Assembly: GCA_963703285.1 (NCBI GenBank)
Contig: OY969807.1
Location: 960,001-1,024,000 of the forward strand
Source of the DNA: an uncultured Nitrososphaerota archaeon
GTDB lineage: Archaea > Thermoproteota > Nitrososphaeria > Nitrososphaerales > Gagatemarchaeaceae
DNA: 64,000 bases
Direction of reading: 5' to 3'
Under the pieces are notes generated by a model that had not been told where the DNA came from, did no database searches, and saw nothing but the letters and a program-made list of their open reading frames with translations. The translations under genes and the position numbers were made by a program. Of this stretch, positions 18,554 through 27,919 are shown one piece after another. How positions within the stretch are numbered: the stretch's first letter is position 1; every line of letters starts with the position of its first letter.

Positions 18554-19228
18554 CTAGGATAACCTTCTCTTGGAGGCCCTCACCATAATCGTGCCTATGT
18601 TTATGTCGTGGTTCGTCACCGTATACCCGTAACCATTGAGAATAGACTGTAGGAAGACGAATGAGCACTCGGTAGACTCTATCCTTCTTCCGGCCCCAAC
18701 GATCCCAATCTCTACGGAGTCATCTTTTTGGGACTGAGATATCTTGAACTGCTTTATGGGCAGGAGCGCAGTGAAATCTGTTGCGAGAGCCGCGAGTTCG
18801 CTGAGGTCCTTGGCGCCAAATTTGAGGACTCCAACCAACTCGCTCCCCAGGTCGCTAAACATCTTGAGGAGGCCTTCCTTATCCGATGCGTACTCCCTCG
18901 CAATCAGCCTGTCCACGAAATCTGACGGAAGGGTAATGATGTCTGTCTGCTTCAGCAGGGCGATGGAGCGCCAGAACTTATAAAGGTCTGAAGGCTCTCC
19001 CCCCTCTGCGGTTATCTTCGCCATCGCAGATAGTGACTCGTTCGCGAACGCGAACAAGGTCTTGTCCTTTCGCTTCGCTTGAGCGGAGAACTCTTCGAAG
19101 ACGGCTTGATCCACCGAGAGATTAACCCGCGCCACGAACCCCTTGTGTCGCGAAACCGTGGATTTATCGATATCCTCGCCAGTAGTTCCGGGTTCACCTT
19201 CCGATATTTGCCCGGCAACTTCGGTCAT
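18554..19228 (-). CDS. Putative regulator (RHH-like), paralog 2
   Basis: RVNLSVDQAVFEEFSAQAKRKDKTLFAFANESL...ITLPSDFVD...GAGRRIESTECSF. Confidence 0.75.
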   Translation of the reverse strand: MTEVAGQISEGEPGTTGEDIDKSTVSRHKGFVARVNLSVDQAVFEEFSAQAKRKDKTLFAFANESLSAMAKITAEGGEPSDLYKFWRSIALLKQTDIITLPSDFVDRLIAREYASDKEGLLKMFSDLGSELVGVLKFGAKDLSELAALATDFTALLPIKQFKISQSQKDDSVEIGIVGAGRRIESTECSFVFLQSILNGYGYTVTNHDINIGTIMVRASKRRLS

Positions 19229-20073
19229 CTCAGAAGCTCCTCCGCCGTGACACGTTCAGACTCTCTCGGACGGACTACCACGCCATTAACCAGACACTGA
19301 GCCACGGACGCCATGCGTCCGAAGGATAACTCGTCGTCTGCAACGATGCACCCACCGCTTCTACCAATCTTGAAGGCACTCACGGAACAGAGGGAGGTCC
19401 AATCTCCTCTTCCGCTGCAGCATCCGAATTCGATGGCGGCCAGAGGGCAATCCGTAAGAGAAGGATGTACAGTTGGGCCGCTGAGACAGTGCGACTCTTT
19501 CGCGCTCCGACCTTCGGGTTCAGGCATTGCGACCTTGACTAGCGTTCTCCGCAATACGTGTATCCGTACTTTTGCCCGCATTTGTTCGCAGATGCGAGCA
19601 CCCACCTCCGCGTAAGCTGATAAGCGCTCACTTGGGAATAGTCCCGTGCTCCTGTTCATTCTTCTTAGTACAGGACAACAATTCTACGGGCAAGATTCAG
19701 AACGAACCCTGTTCTGCGGGAATGCGGTTCGACTTCCGGTCATTCATGGCATTTCCAATGTGAATCATCAGTAGATAGGGGTTGACGCCTTCGGCGGGGC
19801 TTCCCTCGGGGCACACCGGGCTACCTTGGAGCGAATTGCACGAGTCGGCGGCAGACCCGAGAGTTGGGCCCAACTCGCTTGCGAGCTTCAGCGTGACTGG
19901 GCTTAGAAACGAAGTCAGGGTGACTGAATACGCCAATGCCAGTCCTTGGACTCCTCGGCCTTGAGAACGGGGCGTAGCTCCCAAGCTTCGATTTCCTTCG
20001 GACCCGCTGCCGACAGGAGCCAGAGTCATCGCGGCGCTACGCTTCTCACCGTTGAGAATCATGTCAATGCATA

Positions 20074-20406
20074 TTGGTTCCGCAGACAGCAATCGCAATC
20101 GCGAAAAACACCAGGACGAGGTATATGTGCATCCGGAGGGCTTCGAGCTCCAGAGTACCGGAGGACAGGGAGGCCATAGTCAGGCGAGCCATAACGGTCA
20201 CTCAGGGAGGGCAGGAGGCCCTGAAGGCAGGCAGGCTGAAAGGGTGGGGAATCAGCCCCGACGGCAGGAAGGGATACGTAGTCTTCGGAGGAAGCGAGAC
20301 TGACCTCGCCAGGATAGCCTTTAGGGGAGTACCACTCTTCGAGTCGGAGATTTACCCGATCATGACGGCGAATCAATGGATGGAAGCTCTGAAGAGCTCG
20401 GCATAA
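20074..20406 (+). CDS. Small hypothetical protein, DUF3303-like; start uncertain, possibly degenerate
   Basis: LKAGRLKGWGISPDGRKGYVVFGG...PLFESEIYP. Confidence 0.5.
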   Translation: MVPQTAIAIAKNTRTRYMCIRRASSSRVPEDREAIVRRAITVTQGGQEALKAGRLKGWGISPDGRKGYVVFGGSETDLARIAFRGVPLFESEIYPIMTANQWMEALKSSA

Positions 20407-20579
20407 GCACTCCAAGAATTGGAATCCGGATTCGAGGGATGCCGGCATCCAGCCGTGATTTTTGGTTAAGTGGTTTTGTTGTCGTTCTTGCCTTGGAAAG
20501 AAGCAAAAGAGGGGGTCGCTGGAGAATCCACTTTCAGAGCCCATCTGGGGGCGAGCCCCCTCGGGCCTGCTCACAGTTG

Positions 20580-20634
20580 GCTGAGCAGGGCACGTCACTT
20601 TAGGTTCAAATCTCCGACCTTGTGGTTCAAATCC
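20580..20634 (+). repeat. Right copy of ~55-bp direct repeat
   Basis: gctgagcagggcacgtcactttaggttcaaatctccgaccttgtggttcaaatcc; overlaps the 8-bp hairpin cctgctca/tgagcagg. Confidence 0.85.
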
Positions 20635-20674
20635 GTTGCAAAAGCGGGAAACTTCGTTGTTGATCGAAAAGGGA

Positions 20675-20765
20675 TGCCCCGGGCGGGATTTGAACCCGCG
20701 CTCATCGACTCGAAAGGCCGACATACTTGACCGGGCTGCACGCACGAGCTCTGTACTACCGGGGC
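20675..20765 (-). tRNA. tRNA-Glu(TTC) with 15-nt D-loop intron (20736-20750)
   Basis: GCCCCGG/CCGGGGC acceptor, TCGGC CT-TTC-GA GTCGA, GCGGG TTCAAAT CCCGC; BHB GUAC/GUGC with AG|A and AG|C; 76 nt after splicing. Confidence 0.92.
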
Positions 20766-20789
20766 TGGCCACCCCTTCTGGCTCATGAA

Positions 20790-21503
20790 TTAGAGGCTTT
20801 TGGGGCCTTCCAGGTAGCACCACTCGCCGAGGTCTGCTCCAAAGGAGAACGCCGGTAACGACCCTGCCCCGACCCTCAGGACGGAGGACCTCGGCAGATA
20901 GGAATTCTTTGTGGAGCCCGAGGAGATGGTGCGCAACCGGAGGATGAACTCCTGGGCCGGGAGAATCGAACGGTAGTACTGCCGTTTTCCGAACTGAAGG
21001 ATGGAGCACCCGTCGGTCGGGTAGTCTGTCACGCACTCGGCCACCCTCTCGGCGTCCCGTAGGAGCCGGGAGATGGACTCTTTCTCGTCCGGCGTCAGCC
21101 CGCATTCGCCTGACCTTCGCAGCTCCAACCAGAGCCGGAGTCCTTCCATTCTAGGAAAGATTTGTGCCTCGAACCCTCCCGGTACCTCCTTCAGGGCGAG
21201 GTACGGGTTTGTCGGAGCAGGCTCCCTAGGGAAACGGAGGAGGTCGGGAATCGCGGGCGAAAGGACGTCGAGCATGTCGGACGGCGACCACGCCAGACCT
21301 GAGCGAGCGATCGTCGTCACTCCCGAGGCGTCCTCTGCCCTGAGCCGCTCACCTTGGTTACTGACCGAGAACCCTCTCCCGACGAGGCGGGACTCCAAGG
21401 CGTCCATTTGTGCCCTTGTCAGCTTTGGGAGAGGCAGGTAGTACCTGTCGAGCCTCTCAAGGTGTATCTGATGGAGCTCGAATTCTAGCAACGAGCTTAC
21501 CAA
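20790..21503 (-). CDS. Hypothetical protein
   Basis: 237-aa ORF, host-like codon usage, TTTATC box upstream. Confidence 0.65.
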   Translation of the reverse strand: MVSSLLEFELHQIHLERLDRYYLPLPKLTRAQMDALESRLVGRGFSVSNQGERLRAEDASGVTTIARSGLAWSPSDMLDVLSPAIPDLLRFPREPAPTNPYLALKEVPGGFEAQIFPRMEGLRLWLELRRSGECGLTPDEKESISRLLRDAERVAECVTDYPTDGCSILQFGKRQYYRSILPAQEFILRLRTISSGSTKNSYLPRSSVLRVGAGSLPAFSFGADLGEWCYLEGPKSL

Positions 21504-21575
21504 CCTGACGCCAGAGATAAAGCATCTTGGGGCATCTCGGAGGCGTAGTCACAGGGAGGGACCGGGAAGCCCATT

Positions 21576-22853
21576 TCAGAGGTTCTGTCGACTCTTCGGG
21601 TGATCGACGGGTGCGTTAACCGTCGGGCGACGAGCCAACTTCGAGGCATCGACTCTGAGGATTACCGTCTTCGTCGGGTTCCCCTTCATTGCTTCATCTG
21701 CCCCGCCTTTCTCCTCGGCGAGAACCAGCGGTCGTTGCTCGGGATTCTCTGGCTTTGGAAGGGAACTTGCGAGCCTTGCCAGCCCCCTGTCGGATAGGTT
21801 GATTCCGACATTCACATCTCTGTCTATCCACGCCTTACATGTCTGGCACCACAGCATCCTCCTGTGCACGGCATCTCCCCTCTCAGGGTCGTGGAGCTTC
21901 TCCCCACACGCCCAGTGCACCGATGAGGACCCCCTGGTTTCAGACTTCGTAAGCGATATTACAGCGACGCCCTTCCACGCTGCCTTGTACTCGATCATCT
22001 GCTTCGCCCTCCTGTGAGGCCACGAGTTTAGTCTGAACCTGTAATCCGGACCCTGCCCATTTCCTTTCCCGTACATCCTCCTGATGTTGGTGATGTCCTC
22101 GAGAGCCAACGCGGCGCCATCCCTCATCGCGGTATCGACCATGAAGTTCGTGGCGGCGTGGAGCAGCTGGTCAGTCCTATGTGTCGCCCTTCTCCAGCAC
22201 CTGCGAGCGAGGTTCCTCCTCACGCGCACATCGTTCCTCCTGAACGAGCTGACGATCTCTCTGGTCGTCCGCCTGATCTTCACGGCCTTGGTCATGTCGA
22301 CCTGCACGATTCCCCCTCGGTTTCCGAACGTCAGGTTCTTCTCGTTCCTGTCCACACCGAAGACGGTCCTGATCGGCACCTCTCCGACCTCCTCCGAATA
22401 GCAGAACGAGAGCGACCCGGGTGTTATCGTGAGACTTCTGAGCTTCTTCGCAGTAATCTTCGTTACGACATACCTGTTGAGCTGGATGTCGAAATACCTT
22501 TCGCGTCTGAGCGGGATGAAGAACCGACCTTTCATCGTGACGAAGAATCCAGAGATGATGCAGATCGTCGGCCTGAGAGGCTTCGGATGCCGTATCTGAG
22601 TTCCTCTGTCATCGCTCTTCTTCCTGCTCTTCACCACCGCGCAGGCCCTGGTAATCGCGGCGACCTTGTAGCAGGATGGAAGCTCGACATCCTTGAGCGA
22701 GCGATAGAATCTCTTCATCCCCTTCCGGTTCTCGATTCCTTTCTCCTTCGCGTAGGCGATTGCGTTGTAAGTGACCGTGAGACATTGGCAAAGGAGATTG
22801 TGCAGCCCGTCCCCTCCGTCATATGACTGCGCGACGCACTTCGTTCCGAGCAA
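21576..22853 (-). mobile_element. tnpB: Solo TnpB (IS1341-type, IS200/IS605 family) RNA-guided nuclease; no TnpA
   Basis: RuvC-I FGVDRNE, RuvC-II LALEDI, HWACG...CQTC zinc finger, RuvC-III DRDVNVGINL. Confidence 0.92.
21580..21790 (-). ncRNA. Putative omegaRNA/sotRNA overlapping the tnpB 3' end (boundaries approximate)
   Basis: tnpB tail (EAMKGNP...ILRVDASKL) typical of archaeal tnpB with overlapping RNA; terminal hairpin gtcga...tcgac. Confidence 0.55.
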
Positions 22854-23000
22854 CGCTCTGGACCGCCCTGGAGTATTTAAGGGCCCATGATAGTCACCCG
22901 ATGGTTAACAGAAAGACAGGTCACCCAGAGACTTGACAGTGCCTTTTCAGATAACCGTTAAATAACAACCGAGCAAGGTATCGTGAAAAGGTTCCAATTT

Positions 23001-23858
23001 TTGGTCGAGAGAGACCCGACGCTGGTCGAAGAGTTCATGCTGAAGATGAAGGATTATCTGGACAGGACGAGCATCGCGGTAGACCGGGAGCTCGAGCGGT
23101 ACTCCAACTCACGTTTCTTCGGTCCGCTGAGATACGCGCTCGAGGGCGGAAAGCGGATAAGGCCCGTCATCACGCTCCTCGCTGCCGAGAGCGTGGGCTC
23201 CAAGGACGACAGCGTGTTGGACGCCGCCGTTGCGGTCGAGCTCCTCCACGCGGAATCGATAATCCACGACGACATAATAGACCAAGAAGTCTCCAGGAGA
23301 GGAAAGGCGGCCTTCCACGTCAGGTACGGATACAGCTCGTCGCTCCTCACGGCGGACTTCGTATTCGCCATGATCCTCGCCGTGGCCTCGAGATACCAGG
23401 ATAGGCGGGTGGCGCACACGCTGAGCAAGGCCGCGCTGCAGATGTGCGAGGGCGAGTACATGGAGCTGACCATCGACCCAATCACGTACAAGCTGGAGTG
23501 GGAGGAGTACGTTGACATAATCTACAACAAGACGGGAGCTCTGTTCGAGACCGCGACCCAGCTTGGCGGCATCATCGGAGGGGGCACCAACGAGCAGATC
23601 GAGGCGCTCTCGAGCTACGGCAAGTACCTCGGGATCGCCTACCAGGTCCACGACGACCTGCTCGACTGGGGTACCAAGGACAAGGTCACTCTGGCGCTGA
23701 AGCAGGGGAACGAGGAGAGCTCCATTCTATCTGAGCTGAGGTCGCTGACGAGCAACTACTCGAGGAAGGCGATGGAGCAGCTCTCGTTCCTGCCTGACAC
23801 CAAGGCGCGGAGGCTCCTCGGGGAGCTCACCGATTTCTCCGTTCAACGAGAATTCTAG
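23001..23858 (+). CDS. Polyprenyl (geranylgeranyl) diphosphate synthase
   Basis: GGKRIRP, IIHDDIID, RRG, KTGALF, YQVHDDLLD; start 23001 or 22983. Confidence 0.93.
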   Translation: MVERDPTLVEEFMLKMKDYLDRTSIAVDRELERYSNSRFFGPLRYALEGGKRIRPVITLLAAESVGSKDDSVLDAAVAVELLHAESIIHDDIIDQEVSRRGKAAFHVRYGYSSSLLTADFVFAMILAVASRYQDRRVAHTLSKAALQMCEGEYMELTIDPITYKLEWEEYVDIIYNKTGALFETATQLGGIIGGGTNEQIEALSSYGKYLGIAYQVHDDLLDWGTKDKVTLALKQGNEESSILSELRSLTSNYSRKAMEQLSFLPDTKARRLLGELTDFSVQREF

Positions 23859-23915
23859 TCGCCGGGAGGCGTCGACGGCTGCTGTCCCGCGACGGGGTCG
23901 TTTCTCAGTCTGCGT

Positions 23916-25571
23916 CTAGCCCAAGGAGGCGGCGAAATCTTCCAGCTTCTTCCTGTAGATGCTCCTCGGCGGGAACCCGATTCCGGTCAGGTATGTCGAG
24001 AACTTCACCTTCTTCCTCGGGTCGGTCAGACGGTCCTCGATGGCCCGAATCTCCTCGCCAACCACCGCATAGCAGGTCGCGTAGCCCGGGAACATCCCCT
24101 CGTGAGCGGGGAAGAGGTTGTAGTACATGTCCCTGCGCGAGACACCCGTGTGCTCGTGGGCCCACTCGAGGAACTCGAGTAGTCCCTGCTTGCCAGTGTT
24201 GACGCGGACGTCTCCGACGACCCGAAGAAACCTGATCAACCTGTACTTCCGCGTCTCGAACTCGATTTCCATGTTCACTAGGTCGACGCCCCCGTGCTTC
24301 TCCAGCAGGGCGATGTAGTTCTTCTCGGCCCTCGTGAGCGTCTGCTTCCCCTTGAGGGCGAGAGAGGCCTCGAGGAACTCCCGCTCCCTGTTGAACGACA
24401 GCCCCTCTGTGATGGGACCCGAGAGCAGCGTCGGCAGGAGCTCGAGGTCCGATGCCCTCCCGCCGAACCTGAGGGCGCTGTTCGAGTGATTGACGCAATG
24501 GCCGTACTCCTCGTGGACGAGCAGGTTGATGAGCCTGGAGACCGAGTTGGCTGGATTGCGCTTTGGGTCGGTCGTCAAGTAGTAGAGCTGGAAGGGCTTC
24601 TTCGTGAAGGTGTCCATGAACCCCGCCGCGCCTGTCGGTATCATCCCCGTCAGGAACGGCGGAGTCTCGATCACCTTCGTCTTGTAGCGCTTGTTTATCT
24701 TGACGAGCGACTCGTTGGCGAAGGCCTGCATCACCCTCCGGACCGCGTTGGTCGTCCGGAGGAGCTGGACGGGTTTGAGCTGCTCTCGCTCTCCGATCCT
24801 CTTGTCGACGGCCTCCGTCGTAGGGGCGCACCCATAGTGCTTTGCCAGCCTGTTGAGCGCGCTCCTGTACATGGGTAGCTCCTCCTCGATCCAGGCGAGC
24901 GCCCTGCGCTCGAGCTCGTCCGGGGTCTCGGAGTAGTCCAACCCAGCCTCGAGCGCGAGCCTGTAGAACTTCTCTCTGCCCAGGTCGAACCTGTACTTCT
25001 TGAACACCTGCTCGACCTCCTCGAAGGTCCCCTTCCCGAACCCGTTGAGCTGGAAGAGGTCTGCGAACCTCTTGGCCTTCTCGATCAGGCGGTCACACTC
25101 CTTCTTGAGCGCCTTGCTCTTGGTCTCACTCTTCACGGATTCGAGTATCTCTATGACACCGTCGAGGCGATAGAGGGTGAGCGCCCTGACCGCCATGGGT
25201 ACCTTTGCCGACCTGAACCTCTTCTGGGAAGCGTCGATTGCCTTGGACGCGTCGCTCAGCAGCGACGAGATGTGCTTCTCGTTGAGACCTTCCTTGGTGA
25301 GGTGGGCGAAGATGGCTCCGACGACCTCGTCCAGGACCGGCTGAGGCTCCGGGAAGAGCAGAGTGACCTCGATGCTATCGAGGACCTTGGCTTGGACATC
25401 GTTCTCCGTCCTCCGCCTGAGCGACCTCACGCTCTCGAGCGCGGCCTTGATGTTCTGGTCGCTCGGGATGAAGAGCTTTCCTGCATATTCGTCCCAACCC
25501 AGCGTGTACGCCCCGGACGGGCTGAGTTCCTTCCACAGAGTCACAATCTCGTTGTCGAGAGATTTTTGCAT
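23916..25571 (-). CDS. DUF885-like zincin metallopeptidase
   Basis: LVHEEYGH plus downstream TEGLS gluzincin-type ligand; PGYATCY. Confidence 0.75.
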   Translation of the reverse strand: MQKSLDNEIVTLWKELSPSGAYTLGWDEYAGKLFIPSDQNIKAALESVRSLRRRTENDVQAKVLDSIEVTLLFPEPQPVLDEVVGAIFAHLTKEGLNEKHISSLLSDASKAIDASQKRFRSAKVPMAVRALTLYRLDGVIEILESVKSETKSKALKKECDRLIEKAKRFADLFQLNGFGKGTFEEVEQVFKKYRFDLGREKFYRLALEAGLDYSETPDELERRALAWIEEELPMYRSALNRLAKHYGCAPTTEAVDKRIGEREQLKPVQLLRTTNAVRRVMQAFANESLVKINKRYKTKVIETPPFLTGMIPTGAAGFMDTFTKKPFQLYYLTTDPKRNPANSVSRLINLLVHEEYGHCVNHSNSALRFGGRASDLELLPTLLSGPITEGLSFNREREFLEASLALKGKQTLTRAEKNYIALLEKHGGVDLVNMEIEFETRKYRLIRFLRVVGDVRVNTGKQGLLEFLEWAHEHTGVSRRDMYYNLFPAHEGMFPGYATCYAVVGEEIRAIEDRLTDPRKKVKFSTYLTGIGFPPRSIYRKKLEDFAASLG

Positions 25572-25572
25572 T

Positions 25573-27045
25573 CTATTCGGCCACTTCGACGGGCTTGAAC
25601 CGTTCGACCGTCTCATTTAACTCTGACAGGAGGACCTTCCTCCATTCGACGAAGCCCGCGGGCGTCTTCGGGTAGTCGAGGTTGTGCTGCACCAGGGTCT
25701 GGCTCTTCTTCGCTGTGTACCTCAGCCCCATTGCGAGGTCGCGCTCGCTGAGGGCCCTGAGGATGAGGATCGGGTTCATCATATGGACCCTGTTGAAGTC
25801 GGGGTGGCGCCTCTCGCTAATCGCCCTGACGTCGTCCTCCGAGAGGAAGTGCTTCATCCCGTAGTTGATCTGCTCGTTGGTGAGCGCCTGCAGGTACCTC
25901 CTCAGCACCTCGAAGCTCGCCATCTGGTACCCGTGGGTGGTCATGTACTCGACGTTGTAGTCCCAGAGCGCCTCCTGGCTGTAGTCCTTTGTCTCGAGGG
26001 CGCGGGCCACGGTCTTCCCCAGGATGACGCCGGCATAGATGGATGGCCCTATGCCTCCTGCGTCGAGCGGCCTGGGCATCCAAGCGGCGTCGCCGACGAC
26101 CGCGAACCCGTTCGCCACCATGCAGTCGTTCTGCCGGCGGACGGGGACCTGCCAGTTCCCCTTCGAGTTGCCGTCGTAGCCGGGGCCGGCGGAGAGACGG
26201 CCGTTCCTGATGGCGGGATTGTCCTTGACGTACTTCTCTATCAGGCTCTGTAGGTTGTCGTTCAGCTTGAACCTCTTGTTCCGTCGGGAGAGCCCGGTCT
26301 TGGAGACGCCGAGCCCGATATTGACTCTCGTCTTCCCCTTCGGAAAAATCCACGCGTAGCCCGAAGGGGCGATGAATTGGTCGAGGTGGATCAGGCAGTA
26401 GTCCGGCGTGAAGAAGGTCTCGTCCCGCTTCCCCTCCTCGAAGTCGAGGATGTAACGGCCCGTCACCTCTATGTCGTCCATGTCGATCTCCCGCTCTATG
26501 TAGCTCTCGATGGGGAGGAACTTCCGGAGCACTGACGAGGAACCGGTCGCGTCGATGACTATGTTCGCGCTCGCCTTGAAGGGTTTCCCGTCGTCATACC
26601 TCCCCGTTACCCCCGTTACGTAGCCGTTCTCAGAGGTGACCCTCTCTGCGCTGAGGTTGAACTTGAACTCGACCCCGAACTCCAGGGCATCCTTGACCTG
26701 CCTCTGAGGCAACAGCTTCCTGTTCAGGATGAAGCCCTCCCCCTCGAACCTGACCTTGGTCTGGTGGTCCGGCGAATAGACCAGCACCCCCTTAACGGGG
26801 TGCTCCAGTTCGGGTTCTCCGTATTTTATCCCGATGTTCTTCTCGAGGAACCTCAGGCTGTTCAGGCTGGTCGCGTCGCCGCAGGTCCACCCGTTGTTTG
26901 TCTTCTTCCCCGCCTCCTCTGGAGGGTTCCTGTCGACGACCAGAACCTTGGCAGACTTCTTCGAGTAGTAACCGATGGCGGCCGCCGTGATCAGCCCCGA
27001 CATTCCGCCACCCGCCACGATCACGTCATAGTCTCGAGAGGGCAC
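25573..27045 (-). CDS. Digeranylgeranylglycerophospholipid reductase / GGR family
   Basis: DVIVAGGGMSG, CGDA, IDATG, GYAWIFPK, VGDAA..RPLDAGGI. Confidence 0.9.
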   Translation of the reverse strand: MPSRDYDVIVAGGGMSGLITAAAIGYYSKKSAKVLVVDRNPPEEAGKKTNNGWTCGDATSLNSLRFLEKNIGIKYGEPELEHPVKGVLVYSPDHQTKVRFEGEGFILNRKLLPQRQVKDALEFGVEFKFNLSAERVTSENGYVTGVTGRYDDGKPFKASANIVIDATGSSSVLRKFLPIESYIEREIDMDDIEVTGRYILDFEEGKRDETFFTPDYCLIHLDQFIAPSGYAWIFPKGKTRVNIGLGVSKTGLSRRNKRFKLNDNLQSLIEKYVKDNPAIRNGRLSAGPGYDGNSKGNWQVPVRRQNDCMVANGFAVVGDAAWMPRPLDAGGIGPSIYAGVILGKTVARALETKDYSQEALWDYNVEYMTTHGYQMASFEVLRRYLQALTNEQINYGMKHFLSEDDVRAISERRHPDFNRVHMMNPILILRALSERDLAMGLRYTAKKSQTLVQHNLDYPKTPAGFVEWRKVLLSELNETVERFKPVEVAE

Positions 27046-27112
27046 GATAACACCAGATTATAGTTGCGAACGCTACTAAAACCCTATATAAGAGTTTCCC
27101 GAATCGGAACCG

Positions 27113-27811
27113 TTGGACGCGGGCATCCTCGACGAGCTCAGAGACCTCGGGCTGACGCGGTACGAGGGGATGTGCTACGTCTCGTTGCTGGGTCTAGGTC
27201 TGGCGGATCCAAGGGCAGTGGCCGAGGACGCGGGCATCCCGCACCCGAACGCGTACGAGGCGCTCAGGAGGCTCCAGGGCAGAGGATGGGTCGAGCTCGT
27301 GAGGAAAAGGCCCGCGACATACCGCGCCAGGAGGCCCGAGGTCATAAGGACGATGATAGCATCAAAGATGGAGGCCACCTTCAGCGTCCTGTCGCGGATG
27401 TACAGGGCTGTGCCGACGGCGGACGCCGAGATGGTTTACACGCTCAGGGGTAGGGAGAAGGTGCTCTCCAAGATGTACGAGATGATGGAGGGGGCAAGAC
27501 AGAGCATGATCCTCGTTACCCCGACGCTCGGGCTGGAAGAGAAGGTGCAGAGGCTGTTGAAGGAGGCGGTCGCAAGGGGTGTCAGGGTGAGGGCCATAGT
27601 CGACGAGGAAGGGGCGCGTCTCCTCCCCAAAGGCGTGGAGACTAGGAGCGGGAGCCTCATCGCAATCGACCTCCTCGCTGACGACAAGACCGCGATGATC
27701 TCGCTCCCCGACTACTCGGCCTGTGGGTGGGTCGACAGCCCCCAGGTCGCCAGTCACTTCAAGCAGTTCCTCGAGCTGATGTGGACGAGCTCGAAGGCGT
27801 CCGGCCGATAA
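27113..27811 (+). CDS. TrmB-family transcriptional regulator
   Basis: LRDLGLTRYE..Y..LL, AYEALRRL..RGWV, RPATYRA. Confidence 0.9.
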   Translation: MDAGILDELRDLGLTRYEGMCYVSLLGLGLADPRAVAEDAGIPHPNAYEALRRLQGRGWVELVRKRPATYRARRPEVIRTMIASKMEATFSVLSRMYRAVPTADAEMVYTLRGREKVLSKMYEMMEGARQSMILVTPTLGLEEKVQRLLKEAVARGVRVRAIVDEEGARLLPKGVETRSGSLIAIDLLADDKTAMISLPDYSACGWVDSPQVASHFKQFLELMWTSSKASGR

Positions 27812-27919
27812 CGGCGCTGAACGAGGGCGGGGTAGCCCCCTAACCGAGGAAAAATCTCATAATGATTATGGAATGATTATGGAGATTCTTCTTTAGGTGG
27901 CCCGAGAGAGGCCGGCCGT

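Noticed and set aside
19229-20050. ORFs or a riboswitch in the long spacer
   Set aside because: No recognisable protein or RNA motif; probably decayed sequence.
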